A stretch of DNA of 64,000 nucleotides, taken from positions 416,001 to 480,000 of the forward strand of contig CAVPHD010000003.1 in assembly GCA_963704165.1 (NCBI GenBank), given 5' to 3'. Below the pieces are notes generated by a model that saw only the letters and a list, made by a program, of their open reading frames with translations, was not told the origin of the DNA and did no database searches. The DNA is from an uncultured delta proteobacterium (lineage in GTDB: Bacteria > Myxococcota_A > UBA9160 > SZUA-336). Shown here one piece after another: positions 1-10,052 of this stretch. The position numbers and the translations under genes are program-made. Within the stretch, counting starts at the first letter, position 1. Each line of letters opens with the position of its first letter.

Positions 1-281
1 AGATCGTCGAACCGGGCGACGCCGAGTTCGAAACGCTGCTCGCTCATTTCGATCGAAGGCCGGGCCTCCGCGCGATCGTCTGCGTGGACGTCGCGCGGAT
101 CAGCGATTCGTGCGGCTATGGCGTGCCGCTCTTCCGCTTCGAGGGCGAGCGCACCCAGATGACGCAATGGGCCGAGCGCAAGAAGGAGGCCGGCCTCGTG
201 GCCTATCAGCGCGAGAACAACGCGACGAGCCTCGATGGGCTTCCGTCTCTGCGCTGGACCGAGAAGTCCGAGAAGCCATAG
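1..281 (+). CDS. Pyridoxamine 5'-phosphate oxidase-like FMN-binding protein, 5'-truncated by window edge
   Basis: Frame open from base 3 (IVEPGDAEFETLLAHF..RAIVCVDVARISDSCGYGVPLF..SLDGLP); SCGYGVP and SLDGLP are typical of this family. Confidence 0.75.
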   Translation, partial: IVEPGDAEFETLLAHFDRRPGLRAIVCVDVARISDSCGYGVPLFRFEGERTQMTQWAERKKEAGLVAYQRENNATSLDGLPSLRWTEKSEKP

Positions 282-317
282 CCTAGACTCGATCGACCCC
301 TGCCGAGGAGATCCCCC

Positions 318-1598
318 ATGTTCGAGCCGAAGCTTCCGGCGAGCGTCGATGCGATCCGATTCGACGATCCCGAGTTCTGGAACGCCCCGGCCGAGGAGCG
401 CGAAGGCGCCTTCGCTTTGCTTCGCCGCGAACGTCCGATGTCGTTTCATCAGGAGTTTGCACCGCCGCCGGAGATTCCCCTGCCCCGTGGACCCGGCTAC
501 TGGGCGGTGACGAAACTGGCCGACGTGCTGACGGCGAGCCGACGCTCGGACCTGTTCTGCTCGGGCAAGGGAATCCAGATTCCCGACCTGCCCCCGGAGC
601 TCAGCGAGTTCTTCGGCTCGATGATCGCCATGGACGACCCGCGCCACGCGCGGTTGCGGCGGATCGTTTCGCGTGGCTTCACGCCGCGCGCGCTCGCGAG
701 CTTGCAGCACGACGTCGAGAAGCGAGCCACCGCGTTGATCGACGACGTGATCGACCGGGGAGAGTGCGACTTCGTCCGGAAGATCGCGGCACCGCTTCCG
801 TTGGGAATCATCTGCGACATGATGGGAATTCCCGAAAGCCAGACGCAGTTCGTCTTCGAGCAGACCAACATCATTCTCGGGCTCGGCGATCCCGAATACG
901 TGACGCCGGGAACGAATCCCCTGATCGCCGCGCTCGACGCCGGGCGCGGTCTCGCGGAGCTGATGAACGAGATCGCGACGGAGCGCCGCAAGACGCCGAG
1001 GGACGACCTGACCTCGCAGCTTCTGAACGCCGAGATCGACGGCGAGTCGCTGACCGACCAGGAGCTCGCGTCGTTCTTCGTGCTGCTCGTCGCGGCCGGC
1101 AACGAGACGACGCGCAACGCGATCAGCCACGGCATGAAGGCGCTCTCGGATCACCCCGAGCAGCGGCGGAACTGGGCCGCCGACTTCGAGGCACTGGCAC
1201 CGACCGCCGTCGAGGAGATCGTGCGCTGGGCCTCGCCGGTGATCCACTTCCGCCGCACCGCGACGCAGGACACGGAGCTCGGCGGCCAGAAGCTGCGCGA
1301 AGGCGAGAAGATCGTGCTCTGGTACAACTCGGCGAATCGCGACGAGGACGTCTTCGACGAGCCCTTCCGCTTCGACGTCACGCGCACCCCGAACGAGCAC
1401 GTGGGCTTCGGCGGACCGGGCGCTCATCACTGCCTCGGCGCGAACCTCGCGCGCCGCGAGATCACCGTCGTGTTCCGCGAGCTCTTGCGCCGACTTCCGG
1501 ATCTCGAGATCACCGGCGCGCCCGAGATGCTGCGCTCGAACTTCATCCACGGCATCAAGCGCATGCCGTGCCGGTTCACGCCGGGCGGAGCGAACTGA
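318..1598 (+). CDS. Cytochrome P450 (CYP124/125/142-like)
   Basis: AGNETT I-helix, EEIVRW ExxR, FGGPGAHHCLG heme-thiolate motif; GAGGAG RBS. Confidence 0.95.
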   Translation: MFEPKLPASVDAIRFDDPEFWNAPAEEREGAFALLRRERPMSFHQEFAPPPEIPLPRGPGYWAVTKLADVLTASRRSDLFCSGKGIQIPDLPPELSEFFGSMIAMDDPRHARLRRIVSRGFTPRALASLQHDVEKRATALIDDVIDRGECDFVRKIAAPLPLGIICDMMGIPESQTQFVFEQTNIILGLGDPEYVTPGTNPLIAALDAGRGLAELMNEIATERRKTPRDDLTSQLLNAEIDGESLTDQELASFFVLLVAAGNETTRNAISHGMKALSDHPEQRRNWAADFEALAPTAVEEIVRWASPVIHFRRTATQDTELGGQKLREGEKIVLWYNSANRDEDVFDEPFRFDVTRTPNEHVGFGGPGAHHCLGANLARREITVVFRELLRRLPDLEITGAPEMLRSNFIHGIKRMPCRFTPGGAN

Positions 1599-1608
1599 CC
1601 GCCGGAGA

Positions 1609-3084
1609 ATGCGAAAACCAGGACCTCTCGTCGCGGTTCTTCTGGCTTTCCTCTGCGCGCTCGGAACGAGCGCCCGGGCGCAGTCGTACGAGAGCCTCGA
1701 AGGCTCCTGGTGGTTCTCGCTCGGCGGCAAGGACGCGGGCGCGCTGCTGATCGAGCTCAACGAGACGAGCGCCTTCGTCTTCGAGGTCGACGACAGCGCA
1801 CGGACCGGGAATCCGAGCTTCGGCTTCTCGCGCGCGCTCGGCGGGTTCTTCGAGATCGCATCCGGGCAGGAGCTCCGTCTCGATTCGCGGGGCAACGTCG
1901 TCGGTGAGCTCGTGCTGACGGAGCCGGGATTCGGCGACCCGATCGGCACGATCGAATTCCTGCGCGGTCGCCCGAGCGAGCTGCGGACGCGGCTCAAGTC
2001 GAACGGCACGATCGCGGGGGACTCCGTCGGCCCGTTGCGAGTGAAGCTCGACGGCCGGCGTGCGCCGGCGAACTTCGATGTCTTGACCGGACGGGGCACA
2101 GGCGCGCGCATCGGTGGACCCGGCGTGAGCAGCCGCAGCTACGAGCTCGAGGTGCTCACTCACTCCAGCCTCGGCCTTCCCGCCTACAGGTTCGCGGGAG
2201 CGGGGCCCGCCCGCGTCGACAGGGTCGAAGACGAGAACGTCACGCTCGACGGACAGCTCATGCTCGCGCCCAACCAACGCGTCTACGGCCTGCTCGACGA
2301 CTCCTCTCACTTCGGAACCGGCGCGGCGTCGGGAAGGCTTCGAGTTCCCTCGGAGGATGCACCGCCGAAGCTCGACCTCACGATCGACGCGGATCGGCGC
2401 GTGCGCGGCGAGGGATTCCTCACCGAACCGGTCGAGCCGGTCCTCTCCGTCGATCCCCTCGGGCACGACTTCGGCGCCGTCGCGCTCATCGACTCCCGCA
2501 CGCAGGTGTTCCTCGTCGAGAACGTCGGCGTCGGCTTGCTCACGGGCGAGGCGAGCTTCGCGAGCGGCAGCGACGGGGACTTCGCGTTCGAAGCTGACGC
2601 GAGCTACTCGGACCTCGCTCCCGGCGATCCACCCGTCGCGATCACGGTCGTCTTCGCTCCCACCGAGATCGGCGCACGCTCGGCGCAGATCGTCTTCGGC
2701 ACTTCCGGGGGCGCGGGCGCGCGGATCGTCGATCTCGTCGGCGTCGGCGGCGCTCCCCTCCTCGGTGTGGATCCGCTCGCCGGCGAATTCGGAGACGTCG
2801 AGGTCGGGAGCGCTCCCGAGATCGAGTTCACGATCACGAACGACGGGGACGAGACGCTCAGCGGAACCGCGTCGCTTTTGAACGCGACCGACTACACGCT
2901 CCTGCCCTCGGACAGCGAGACCGCGGTCGATTCGATCGACTACGAGATCGAGCCGGGTGCGGACCTCGTCGTCCGCGTGCGCTTTGCCCCGACGGACGAG
3001 GTCCCGCGCATCGGGACCCTCGTTCTCACCGGCGACGGAGGCGCGTCGGTCGAGCTGACGGGGACCGGGATCACCCCACCCTAG
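1609..3084 (+). CDS. Secreted protein with two C-terminal Ig-like (choice-of-anchor D/ASH-type) domains
   Basis: Signal peptide ending ARA-Q; two repeats of P..DFG.V.....F.(V/I).N.G...L.G ... V.FAPT..G ... V.L.G.G. Confidence 0.7.
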   Translation: MRKPGPLVAVLLAFLCALGTSARAQSYESLEGSWWFSLGGKDAGALLIELNETSAFVFEVDDSARTGNPSFGFSRALGGFFEIASGQELRLDSRGNVVGELVLTEPGFGDPIGTIEFLRGRPSELRTRLKSNGTIAGDSVGPLRVKLDGRRAPANFDVLTGRGTGARIGGPGVSSRSYELEVLTHSSLGLPAYRFAGAGPARVDRVEDENVTLDGQLMLAPNQRVYGLLDDSSHFGTGAASGRLRVPSEDAPPKLDLTIDADRRVRGEGFLTEPVEPVLSVDPLGHDFGAVALIDSRTQVFLVENVGVGLLTGEASFASGSDGDFAFEADASYSDLAPGDPPVAITVVFAPTEIGARSAQIVFGTSGGAGARIVDLVGVGGAPLLGVDPLAGEFGDVEVGSAPEIEFTITNDGDETLSGTASLLNATDYTLLPSDSETAVDSIDYEIEPGADLVVRVRFAPTDEVPRIGTLVLTGDGGASVELTGTGITPP

Positions 3085-3353
3085 AGACGCAACTCGAACT
3101 CGCCGCCGAGCCCGGCGCAGGGTTCGTCGCGGACCTCGACGCGCTCGACGCTCGCGTGCGGAGGTCCACGCCGGAAGAACGCGAGCGCCAGCTCGATGCG
3201 CGCGTCGTCGCCCTCGACGACGGCCTCGACGCGGCCATCGGAAAGGTTGCGAACCCAGCCCGAGAGTCCGAGCGAACGCATCTGGGCGTGCGTCGCCCTG
3301 CGGAAGAAGACGCCCTGGACGCGCCCCGACACGATGACGTGTACGCGCCTCAT
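3081..3353 (-). CDS. acyP: Acylphosphatase
   Basis: VSGRVQGVFFR and GWVRNLSDGRVE signatures. Confidence 0.95.
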   Translation of the reverse strand: MRRVHVIVSGRVQGVFFRRATHAQMRSLGLSGWVRNLSDGRVEAVVEGDDARIELALAFFRRGPPHASVERVEVRDEPCAGLGGEFELRL

Positions 3354-4384
3354 TCGCCGTCGGGGATCGGTCCCGCCGCGGCGGCGGCCAGCTGCAGGTC
3401 GCGTTCGCGAACGCCCGAGGCGTCGAACTTGCGCGCGCTCGCGGCCATGCGCGTCAGCGCTGCGCCGATCGCCATCGCCGGGCCCGCCTCGGAACGCTTC
3501 AGCTTCACGAAGCGGACCGGATTGATGCGCGCGACCACGAAGGTCCGCAGGTACGCCGATTTGAAGCCGCGTTTCTGGAGCTCGGCGATGATCTGCCTGA
3601 CGCGCGCGTCGATCTCGAGCAGCCGCGCGGCCCAGCCCGCGCGATCGCGCAGCGATACGGTGAGGCTCTTGTCCGAGAAGCGATCCACGCGCCGCAGGAA
3701 CGAGAGATACGCGCCGCCCGCGAAGCGCGACTCGCGCTGGTAGCAGAGTCCGAGCGTCAGGTACGAGGCCAGCTCGAACTCGCTTGCGAACTCGACCTCT
3801 CGCGCGCGCGGCTTCGACTTCGAAAGCGCTTGTGCCATGCGAATCACTTCGAGGCTGCGGTCCTTGGTGTTGTGCGCCTTCTCGGTGTTGAGCGCGAGGA
3901 TCTTGTACGCGAGCGCCTCGTCGTCCGAGATCAGCGCCGTGATCGCGCGCATGCCGAGAAGCTTCGACGCCGCCAGACGATGCCGGCCGTTCGGCGTCCA
4001 GAACCCACCCTCGGTGCCGCGCACGACGATCACCGGATCGAGAAACGCGCCCGCCTCGTCGATCTTCTGTGCGAGCCGCTTCACGTGCGCGGGCGAGAGG
4101 TCGCGCTGGAACGGTGTCGGCTCGACCGCTTCGAGCGGCAGGACCGCGACGAGCAGCGGGTGCGCACCGAGCGGGTCGCGGTACGCGCCGATCACGGCGC
4201 CGCCCGCCTCGCGGACCTGCCCGACGAGCGGCGAAGTCTCGATCGTGCCGAGCGGGACCGGCGCGGCGGAGGCCTCGAGCCCGCGCTTCTGCTTGGCCGG
4301 CGTCAGGCGTTTTCGCGCCGGCCCGCGTCGGGCCTTGGACTTCACCTTCTTCGCACCGGCCTTCGTCGCGGTGGTTCTCGCCAT
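3350..4384 (-). CDS. ParB/sulfiredoxin-like N-terminal domain protein
   Basis: EPTPFQRDL, FLDPVIVV, TPNGRHRLAA (GxxR patch); basic low-complexity N-terminus. Confidence 0.75.
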   Translation of the reverse strand: MARTTATKAGAKKVKSKARRGPARKRLTPAKQKRGLEASAAPVPLGTIETSPLVGQVREAGGAVIGAYRDPLGAHPLLVAVLPLEAVEPTPFQRDLSPAHVKRLAQKIDEAGAFLDPVIVVRGTEGGFWTPNGRHRLAASKLLGMRAITALISDDEALAYKILALNTEKAHNTKDRSLEVIRMAQALSKSKPRAREVEFASEFELASYLTLGLCYQRESRFAGGAYLSFLRRVDRFSDKSLTVSLRDRAGWAARLLEIDARVRQIIAELQKRGFKSAYLRTFVVARINPVRFVKLKRSEAGPAMAIGAALTRMAASARKFDASGVRERDLQLAAAAAGPIPDGE

Positions 4385-4393
4385 CTCGCCAGT

Positions 4394-5182
4394 CTACTTC
4401 GGCATCTGGGCCTTCAAAAGCGCCAGCGCCGAGAAATGCTCGTCCGCGATCGGCGCCTCGTAGTCCACCGCGTCGACGTACAGGAGAACCTCGCGTCGCT
4501 CGATCGGCTTCCGAAAGCGCATCCGTTTCGGCGTGACCACGCCCTGCACGGCCGCGACCTCGAGTGTCTCGGCGAAGAGAACCACGCGCTCCCCGCGGAG
4601 ATGCTCCGTCCGCATCGGAATGAAGGTCTGCGCGTCGATCCAGGTGCGCCGCGTCTCGAAGCGAGGATTCGAAACACTCGCAGTCTCTTCGAGGAGGTAG
4701 ACGGGACGACCACCGAGCGTCTCCCGGGACATGCCCGATATCTCCGTCGGCGCCGACTGCGCGACTCCGAAACCGAGGAACTCGAGATCGATTCCGTACA
4801 CGTCGTCGTCGGCGATCGACTGGGGCAGGCGGCGAATCCGCTTCATCGCGGGTTGGTACAGGAAGTAGTCGTTCGGACGATCGGTCTGCTCCAGGTAGAT
4901 CAGACCGACGTTTCGCAGATCGGGCGGCGAGTCGAAGCGGATCAGCACGCGCTCCCTTCGCCCGCCCGCGTCGTCGCGATACACGCGCAGGGTCCGCTCC
5001 TCGCGCAGCCCGCCGAGATCCATCTGCATGCGCACCATCGCGGTGAAGTGCCGGTCGGCGAGTCGTTCGTGCCAGCGCGCGGCGACGTCGGCCGACGAGA
5101 GCGGAATCGCATCGTCGGAAGGCGCCGCCCCGGCCGCCGCGCCCAACGTGAAGGCGACGATCAGCCAGGCACGCAGCGTCAC
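4394..5182 (-). CDS. Outer-membrane lipoprotein-sorting (LolA-like) protein
   Basis: GTG overlapping selD stop (GTGA); signal peptide; LIRFDSPPDLRNVG, FLYQPAMKRIRRL, WIDAQTFIPMRTE motifs. Confidence 0.8.
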   Translation of the reverse strand: MTLRAWLIVAFTLGAAAGAAPSDDAIPLSSADVAARWHERLADRHFTAMVRMQMDLGGLREERTLRVYRDDAGGRRERVLIRFDSPPDLRNVGLIYLEQTDRPNDYFLYQPAMKRIRRLPQSIADDDVYGIDLEFLGFGVAQSAPTEISGMSRETLGGRPVYLLEETASVSNPRFETRRTWIDAQTFIPMRTEHLRGERVVLFAETLEVAAVQGVVTPKRMRFRKPIERREVLLYVDAVDYEAPIADEHFSALALLKAQMPK

Positions 5183-6222
5183 GTCGCGATCTCGAGCGCC
5201 CCCGCGGCGCCGGGCACGAGCTCTCCGATCGACACCGCGCAGGGCGTACCCCGGCGCGTCAGGTCGGCGATCAGCTCCGTCTCTCGCTCGGCCGGCACGG
5301 CGATCAAGAGGCCGCCCGAGGTCTGCGCGTCGCAGAGGATGAGCTTCTCGAAATCCTCGACCCCGGGCGCGAACGTCGCGACCCGCTCGACCCAGGCGAG
5401 ATTGCGCTTCGTGCCGCCGGGAACCTTCCCCGCCCGCGCAAGCACGCGCGCGAAGTCGAGCACCGGCACCGCCGACGTAGAGAGGCGCGCTTCGAGCTTC
5501 GACGCCGACGCCAGATTGTGTAGATGGCCGAGCAGGCCGAAGCCGGTGACGTCGGTCGCCGCGTGCGCGCCCGAACCCATCGCCGCGTTCTTCGCCTCGC
5601 GGTTGAGCGCGCTCATCTGCGAGATCACCCGGGCGACGTCGGCCGGAGCGAGCGTTCCCGCCTTGATCGCCTGCGCGGCGATGCCGGTGCCGATCGGTTT
5701 GGTGAGCACGAGTCGATCGCCCGCGCGCGCGCGCGTCTGCAGGAGCGCCCGCGCCGGGTCGACGGTGCCGATCACCGCCATTCCGTACTTCAGCTCCGGG
5801 TCGAGCACCGTGTGGCCGCCGACGATCGCGCAGCCGGCTTCGGCCGCCTTGTCGCGTCCGCCGCGGAAGATCCGCGCGAGCACGTCCTTCGCGAGCTTGT
5901 CCTCGGGATAGCCGCAGACGACCAGCGCGACCATCGGCTCGCCGCCCATCGAGTACACGTCCGAGATCGAGTTCGCCGCCGCGATCGCGCCGTAGGCCTC
6001 CGGGTCGTCGACGATCGGCGTGATGAAGTCCACGGTGAAGACGAGAGCCGGGCCATTCTCGGGACAGACGAGTGCGGCATCCTCCATGGCTCCGACCTCG
6101 CCGGAGACCCACGGATGATCGAAGGGCGCGAGCCCGCGAAGGACCTGAACCAGGTCCTCAGCGCCGAGCTTGCGGGCTCAACCGCCGCCGGGCACGAGCT
6201 CGGTCAGGCGCACCTCGCTCAT
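5179..6222 (-). CDS. selD: Selenide, water dikinase (selenophosphate synthetase), selenocysteine-containing (U15)
   Basis: ATG at 6222 after GAGGAG; reads MSEVRLTELVPGGG-UGA(6180-6178)-ARKLG in frame into DAA..VDFITPIVDDP, ANSISDVYSMGG, GGHT, TDVTGFGLLGH, DAQTSGGLL. Confidence 0.95.
6132..6177 (-). promoter_or_regulatory. Bacterial SECIS element immediately 3' of the selD UGA
   Basis: mRNA: UGA GCCCGC AAGCUCGGCGCUG AGGACCUG GUU CAGGUCCU UC GCGGGC; perfect 8-bp upper stem with G-containing apical loop, plus GCCCGC/GCGGGC lower stem. Confidence 0.85.
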
Positions 6223-6268
6223 CGCATCTCCTCGTCGCAGTGCAGTGCGGGATGGTAGCGCGCGGCGC

Positions 6269-7270
6269 TCATGGACGAGCGGCGAGCTGGGCGATCCTCG
6301 CGAGACTCTGGCGGTCCCCGATCGCGACCAGGAGGTCGCCCGAGACGATCCGGGTGTTCTCGTCCGGCACGAGCTCGATCCGCGCCTCTCCGCGTTTCAG
6401 ACCGACGATCCGCATGCGCGGCGCGCGCGATTCGAGCTCGCGAACGCTCTCGCCGGCCAGCACGCAGCCCGGAGCGACGCGAACCTCCTCGAGGTTGACC
6501 TCGTCGCCGTAGCCGGGGCGCGAGATCTCGAGGAAGTCGACGACCGCGGGGCGCAGGATCGCATTGGCCATGCGCGTGCCACCCATGTGGTACGCGGAGA
6601 CCGCCTGGTGCGCGCCGGCCTGTTCGAGCCGTCGCAGCGCGGTGTCACTCTCGCCGCGCGCGTGGATTCGAACTCTGGGATTGAGCTCGCGCGCCGAGAG
6701 CGTGATGAAGACGTTGTCCGAATCCGATGCCGTGCCGACGACGATCGCGCGAGCGCGCACGATGCCAGCGCGCAGCAGTACGTCGTCGGATGCGGCGGAG
6801 CCGATCACGTACGCTTGACTCGAGGACCGCAGCTCCGGCTCGCGCATCGCGTCCCGCTCGACGATCACGAGCGGAACGCCATTTCGCTGGAGTTCATCCG
6901 CGACCACGTGGCCGAGCCTTCCGTAACCGCAGACGATGACGTGGTTCTCGAGCTCTGCGATCCGCTTGTCCATGGCTCTCCTCGTGAACAGATCGCGCAG
7001 GCTGGTTTCGACCAGCGCCTGGGCGATCTGCGTGAACATGTAGGCGGCCGTCGTGGCCGCGCACAAGATCAGGACGATCGTGAAGATCCGCCCGGAGTCG
7101 TGCATCGGTCGGACTTCCCCATAGCCGACGGTCGAGACGGTGATCACCGTCATGTACAGCGCGTCGAGAAGATCGAGCCCCTCGATCCACATGTACCCGA
7201 CGGTGCCGACGGTGGTGATCGCGAGCAGGATGACGATGGCGAGCGCGGCCCTTCGCGGCGCGCTGCTCAT
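6269..7270 (-). CDS. Potassium channel protein with TrkA-N/TrkA-C (RCK) domains
   Basis: TVSTVGYGE selectivity filter, VIVCGYGRLG Rossmann motif; ATGA overlap with upstream gene. Confidence 0.92.
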   Translation of the reverse strand: MSSAPRRAALAIVILLAITTVGTVGYMWIEGLDLLDALYMTVITVSTVGYGEVRPMHDSGRIFTIVLILCAATTAAYMFTQIAQALVETSLRDLFTRRAMDKRIAELENHVIVCGYGRLGHVVADELQRNGVPLVIVERDAMREPELRSSSQAYVIGSAASDDVLLRAGIVRARAIVVGTASDSDNVFITLSARELNPRVRIHARGESDTALRRLEQAGAHQAVSAYHMGGTRMANAILRPAVVDFLEISRPGYGDEVNLEEVRVAPGCVLAGESVRELESRAPRMRIVGLKRGEARIELVPDENTRIVSGDLLVAIGDRQSLARIAQLAARP

Positions 7271-8664
7271 GCGAGCGAGACCCGTTCGAAGAGACGCGGC
7301 ACGACCGCCGTGTAGCGGAGCTCGCTGCGGATCGCGCTCGCGAGCGCCTCGGATGCCGCGGGCTCGCCGTGCGCGACGAACACCGTCTGCGGCTCGCGGC
7401 CGAAGGTGCGCAGCCAGGTCAGGATCTCGGCCTGATCGGCGTGCGCGGAGAAGCCGTCGAGCGTTCGCACCTCGGCGCGTACGCCGATGTACCGCCCATG
7501 GATCTTGACCGTGTTCGCGCCGCTCGCGAGCGTGCGCGCGCGCGTTCCTTCGGCCTGGAAACCCACGAGCAGGACCGTGTCGCGCGGCTCCGGCAGGCGG
7601 TGCACCAGGTGGTGGAGCACCCGGCCACCCGTCGCCATCCCGCTCGCGGACACGATCACGCACGGAAAGCGACAGGCGTTGATCGCGCGCGATTCGTCCG
7701 GCGTCGCCGCGATCCGCAGACTCCCGGCGTCGAACGGATCCTCACCGCGCTCGATCAGGGCGCGGACATCCGTGTCGAAGAGTTCGGGATGCGCGCGGTA
7801 GATCGAGAGTCCCCGCAACGCGAGCGGGCTGTCGACGAAGACCGGCACGTTCGGAAGCTCACCGGACTTGATCAGCTCGCGAATCGCGAAGAGCAGACCG
7901 GGCGTGCGGTCGATCGCGAACGCGGGCACGAGCACCGAGCCGCCGCGTTTGAACGTGGCCTTCAAGATGCGCGCGAGTTCCGCGAGCACCTCGTCCCGGG
8001 GCGGGTGAACGCTGTCGCCGTAGGTCGATTCGACGACGATCGTGTCGGCGCCCTCGGGATAGCCCTCGGGAGGGTGGTGAAGGGGCGGATCGGCCCGGCC
8101 GAGATCGCCGGAGAAGACGACCGTGTGCGGGCGCTCGCCGCGGATCGTGAGCTCGACGGTCGCCGACCCGAGGATGTGGCCGGCATTCCGCAGTCGGAAA
8201 GAGATCTCGGGTCCGATCTCGACCGCGCGCTCGAGCGGCAATGGCCGGAAGAGCTTCTGCGTCGCGCGCGCGTCCTCGCCGTCGAAGAGCGGCAGCGCGG
8301 GACTGTGCTTCGAGAAGCCTTTGCGGTTCGCGTACTCGGCGTCCTCTTCCTGCAGGTGCGCGGCGTCGGCCAGCATGATCTCGGCCAGATCGACCGTCGC
8401 TGCGGTGGCGTAGATCGGCCCGGAAAATCCCTCGCGAACCAGACGCGGCAGATAGCCGATGTGATCGATGTGCGCGTGCGTGACGATGACCGCGTCGATC
8501 GAATCGATCGCGACACCGAGCGGCTCCCAGTTGCGCAGGCGCAGTGCCTTGAGCCCCTGGAAGAGCCCGCAGTCCACCAGCACGCACCGGCCCCCTGCGC
8601 GCACGAGAAAGCGGCTTCCGGTGACGGTGCCGACGGCGCCGAGGAACGAGAGGCTCGCGCTCAT
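7267..8664 (-). CDS. MBL-fold beta-CASP metallo-hydrolase (RNA-processing type)
   Basis: GAVGTVTGS, THAHIDH, AGHILGS, FSGDLG, ESTYG, SASGMATGGR, FSAHAD, AHGE; start at 8664 (ATGA overlap). Confidence 0.93.
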   Translation of the reverse strand: MSASLSFLGAVGTVTGSRFLVRAGGRCVLVDCGLFQGLKALRLRNWEPLGVAIDSIDAVIVTHAHIDHIGYLPRLVREGFSGPIYATAATVDLAEIMLADAAHLQEEDAEYANRKGFSKHSPALPLFDGEDARATQKLFRPLPLERAVEIGPEISFRLRNAGHILGSATVELTIRGERPHTVVFSGDLGRADPPLHHPPEGYPEGADTIVVESTYGDSVHPPRDEVLAELARILKATFKRGGSVLVPAFAIDRTPGLLFAIRELIKSGELPNVPVFVDSPLALRGLSIYRAHPELFDTDVRALIERGEDPFDAGSLRIAATPDESRAINACRFPCVIVSASGMATGGRVLHHLVHRLPEPRDTVLLVGFQAEGTRARTLASGANTVKIHGRYIGVRAEVRTLDGFSAHADQAEILTWLRTFGREPQTVFVAHGEPAASEALASAIRSELRYTAVVPRLFERVSLA

Positions 8665-9854
8665 GCCCGGACCGCGTCCCGTGTGCGCGCATCGCCGAGC
8701 ATGAGTCCGGCCTGGAGAAGACCGAGCAAGCGCTCTCGCGTCAGCGCTCCGACCAGCCGCCCGTTCTCGAGCACCGGCAGCTGATTCACGTTCGAAGCCG
8801 CGAGCCGCTGCATGCCGACGAGCGCCGAATCGCCGAGCGACACGGACGTCGCGCGCTCGACCGGCAGCATCACCGATTCGACGCTCGTTCCTTCGCGGCG
8901 CTCCGGCGACACGCCCGCGAGCTCTCGGAGCGTCACGATCCCGAGCAGGCGCTCGCTCGCACGATCGACGACCCAGAGCGTTCGCAATCCCGAGCGCAGG
9001 ATCTGCGCGGAGAGCAGCTCTGCGACGGTCGCATCGGCCGACACCATGGCGTGTTGGACGGGCTCGAGCACGTCGCGAACCGAGACCGCACCGAGAATCC
9101 GCTCGACCTCCATCGCGCCCACCGCGCTGCGCGAGGCCGAGAGCAGGAACCAGCCCAGGAAGACCAACCAGAGTCCGCCGACCCAATCGCGCGCCGCGAA
9201 GACCACGGCCACGCCGGCGAGCATGAGCAGCGCGGCGATGCCCGATCCGGACGCGGAGGCGATCCGGGTCGCGCGCGCGAAGCTCCCCGTCGCCGCCCAG
9301 ACTACGCCGCGGAGCACGCGTCCACCGTCGAGCGGAAACCCCGGAGCCAGGTTGAAGATGGCGAGCGCGAAATTCACGCGGCCGAGCCAGAGCAACCCAT
9401 CGCGGGCGAGCGTCGGCTCGCTCGCCGCACCGGCGAGCGAGCTGAAGAGAGCGCCGAGCGCGAAGCTCATCGCCGGTCCCGCGAGAGCGATGCCGATCTC
9501 GTGGATGGGCTTCTTCGGCTCGTTCTCGAGCTGCGCCACCCCGCCGAAAAGGAAGAGCGTGATCGAGCGAACGCGGATCCCGAGCGCCTGCGCGACCAGA
9601 CTGTGACCGAGCTCGTGCAGCACGATCGAGGCGAAGAACGCGCAGGCGACCACGCCCGCGGTCAGCCAGCGCGATGCCGCATCCGGCTCGGCCTGGGATT
9701 CGGCGAGCTGTGCGGAGACGGCCATCGTGATCAGCAGGAAGATCAGGATCCAGCTCTGATCGACCGCGATGTCGATTCCCGACACGCGCGCGATCCGCCA
9801 CGAACTCCCACCCATGATCCCGCGCGAGCGTGCCGGTCCGATCGCCTTCGCCAC
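8661..9854 (-). CDS. Site-2 protease (M50) with C-terminal CBS pair
   Basis: HELGH, ITLFLFGGVA, IALAGP, FNLAPGFPLDGGR; CBS repeats at C-terminus; start may be ATG 9815. Confidence 0.92.
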   Translation of the reverse strand: MAKAIGPARSRGIMGGSSWRIARVSGIDIAVDQSWILIFLLITMAVSAQLAESQAEPDAASRWLTAGVVACAFFASIVLHELGHSLVAQALGIRVRSITLFLFGGVAQLENEPKKPIHEIGIALAGPAMSFALGALFSSLAGAASEPTLARDGLLWLGRVNFALAIFNLAPGFPLDGGRVLRGVVWAATGSFARATRIASASGSGIAALLMLAGVAVVFAARDWVGGLWLVFLGWFLLSASRSAVGAMEVERILGAVSVRDVLEPVQHAMVSADATVAELLSAQILRSGLRTLWVVDRASERLLGIVTLRELAGVSPERREGTSVESVMLPVERATSVSLGDSALVGMQRLAASNVNQLPVLENGRLVGALTRERLLGLLQAGLMLGDARTRDAVRA

Positions 9855-10002
9855 CCATCCTCCTCTGGAGTCCTCTGGCCGAAAGACCCGAGTCGCCGCC
9901 GACGAGCGCTGCGATCGGGGTGATCAGCCTCGCGCCAACGGTGAATGTGACACAGCGGCCCAGATCCGGCACTTCTGTACGGAACGCGTGCCGCCGAGCG
10001 GC

Positions 10003-10018
10003 TGGCACGCGCAATGCT
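10003..10018 (+). promoter_or_regulatory. Sigma54 -24/-12 promoter
   Basis: TGGCACGCGCAATGCT, GG-N10-GC. Confidence 0.75.
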
Positions 10019-10052
10019 ATTCACTCTGAGAGAGACACGAGGAGAGACGGCC

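Noticed and set aside
7267..10014. 915-aa ORF and similar long N-terminal extensions (4394-6112, 19629-22814, 22924-24828, 27699-29234)
   Set aside because: Extensions are off-frame readings of neighbouring genes in GC-rich DNA with few stop codons
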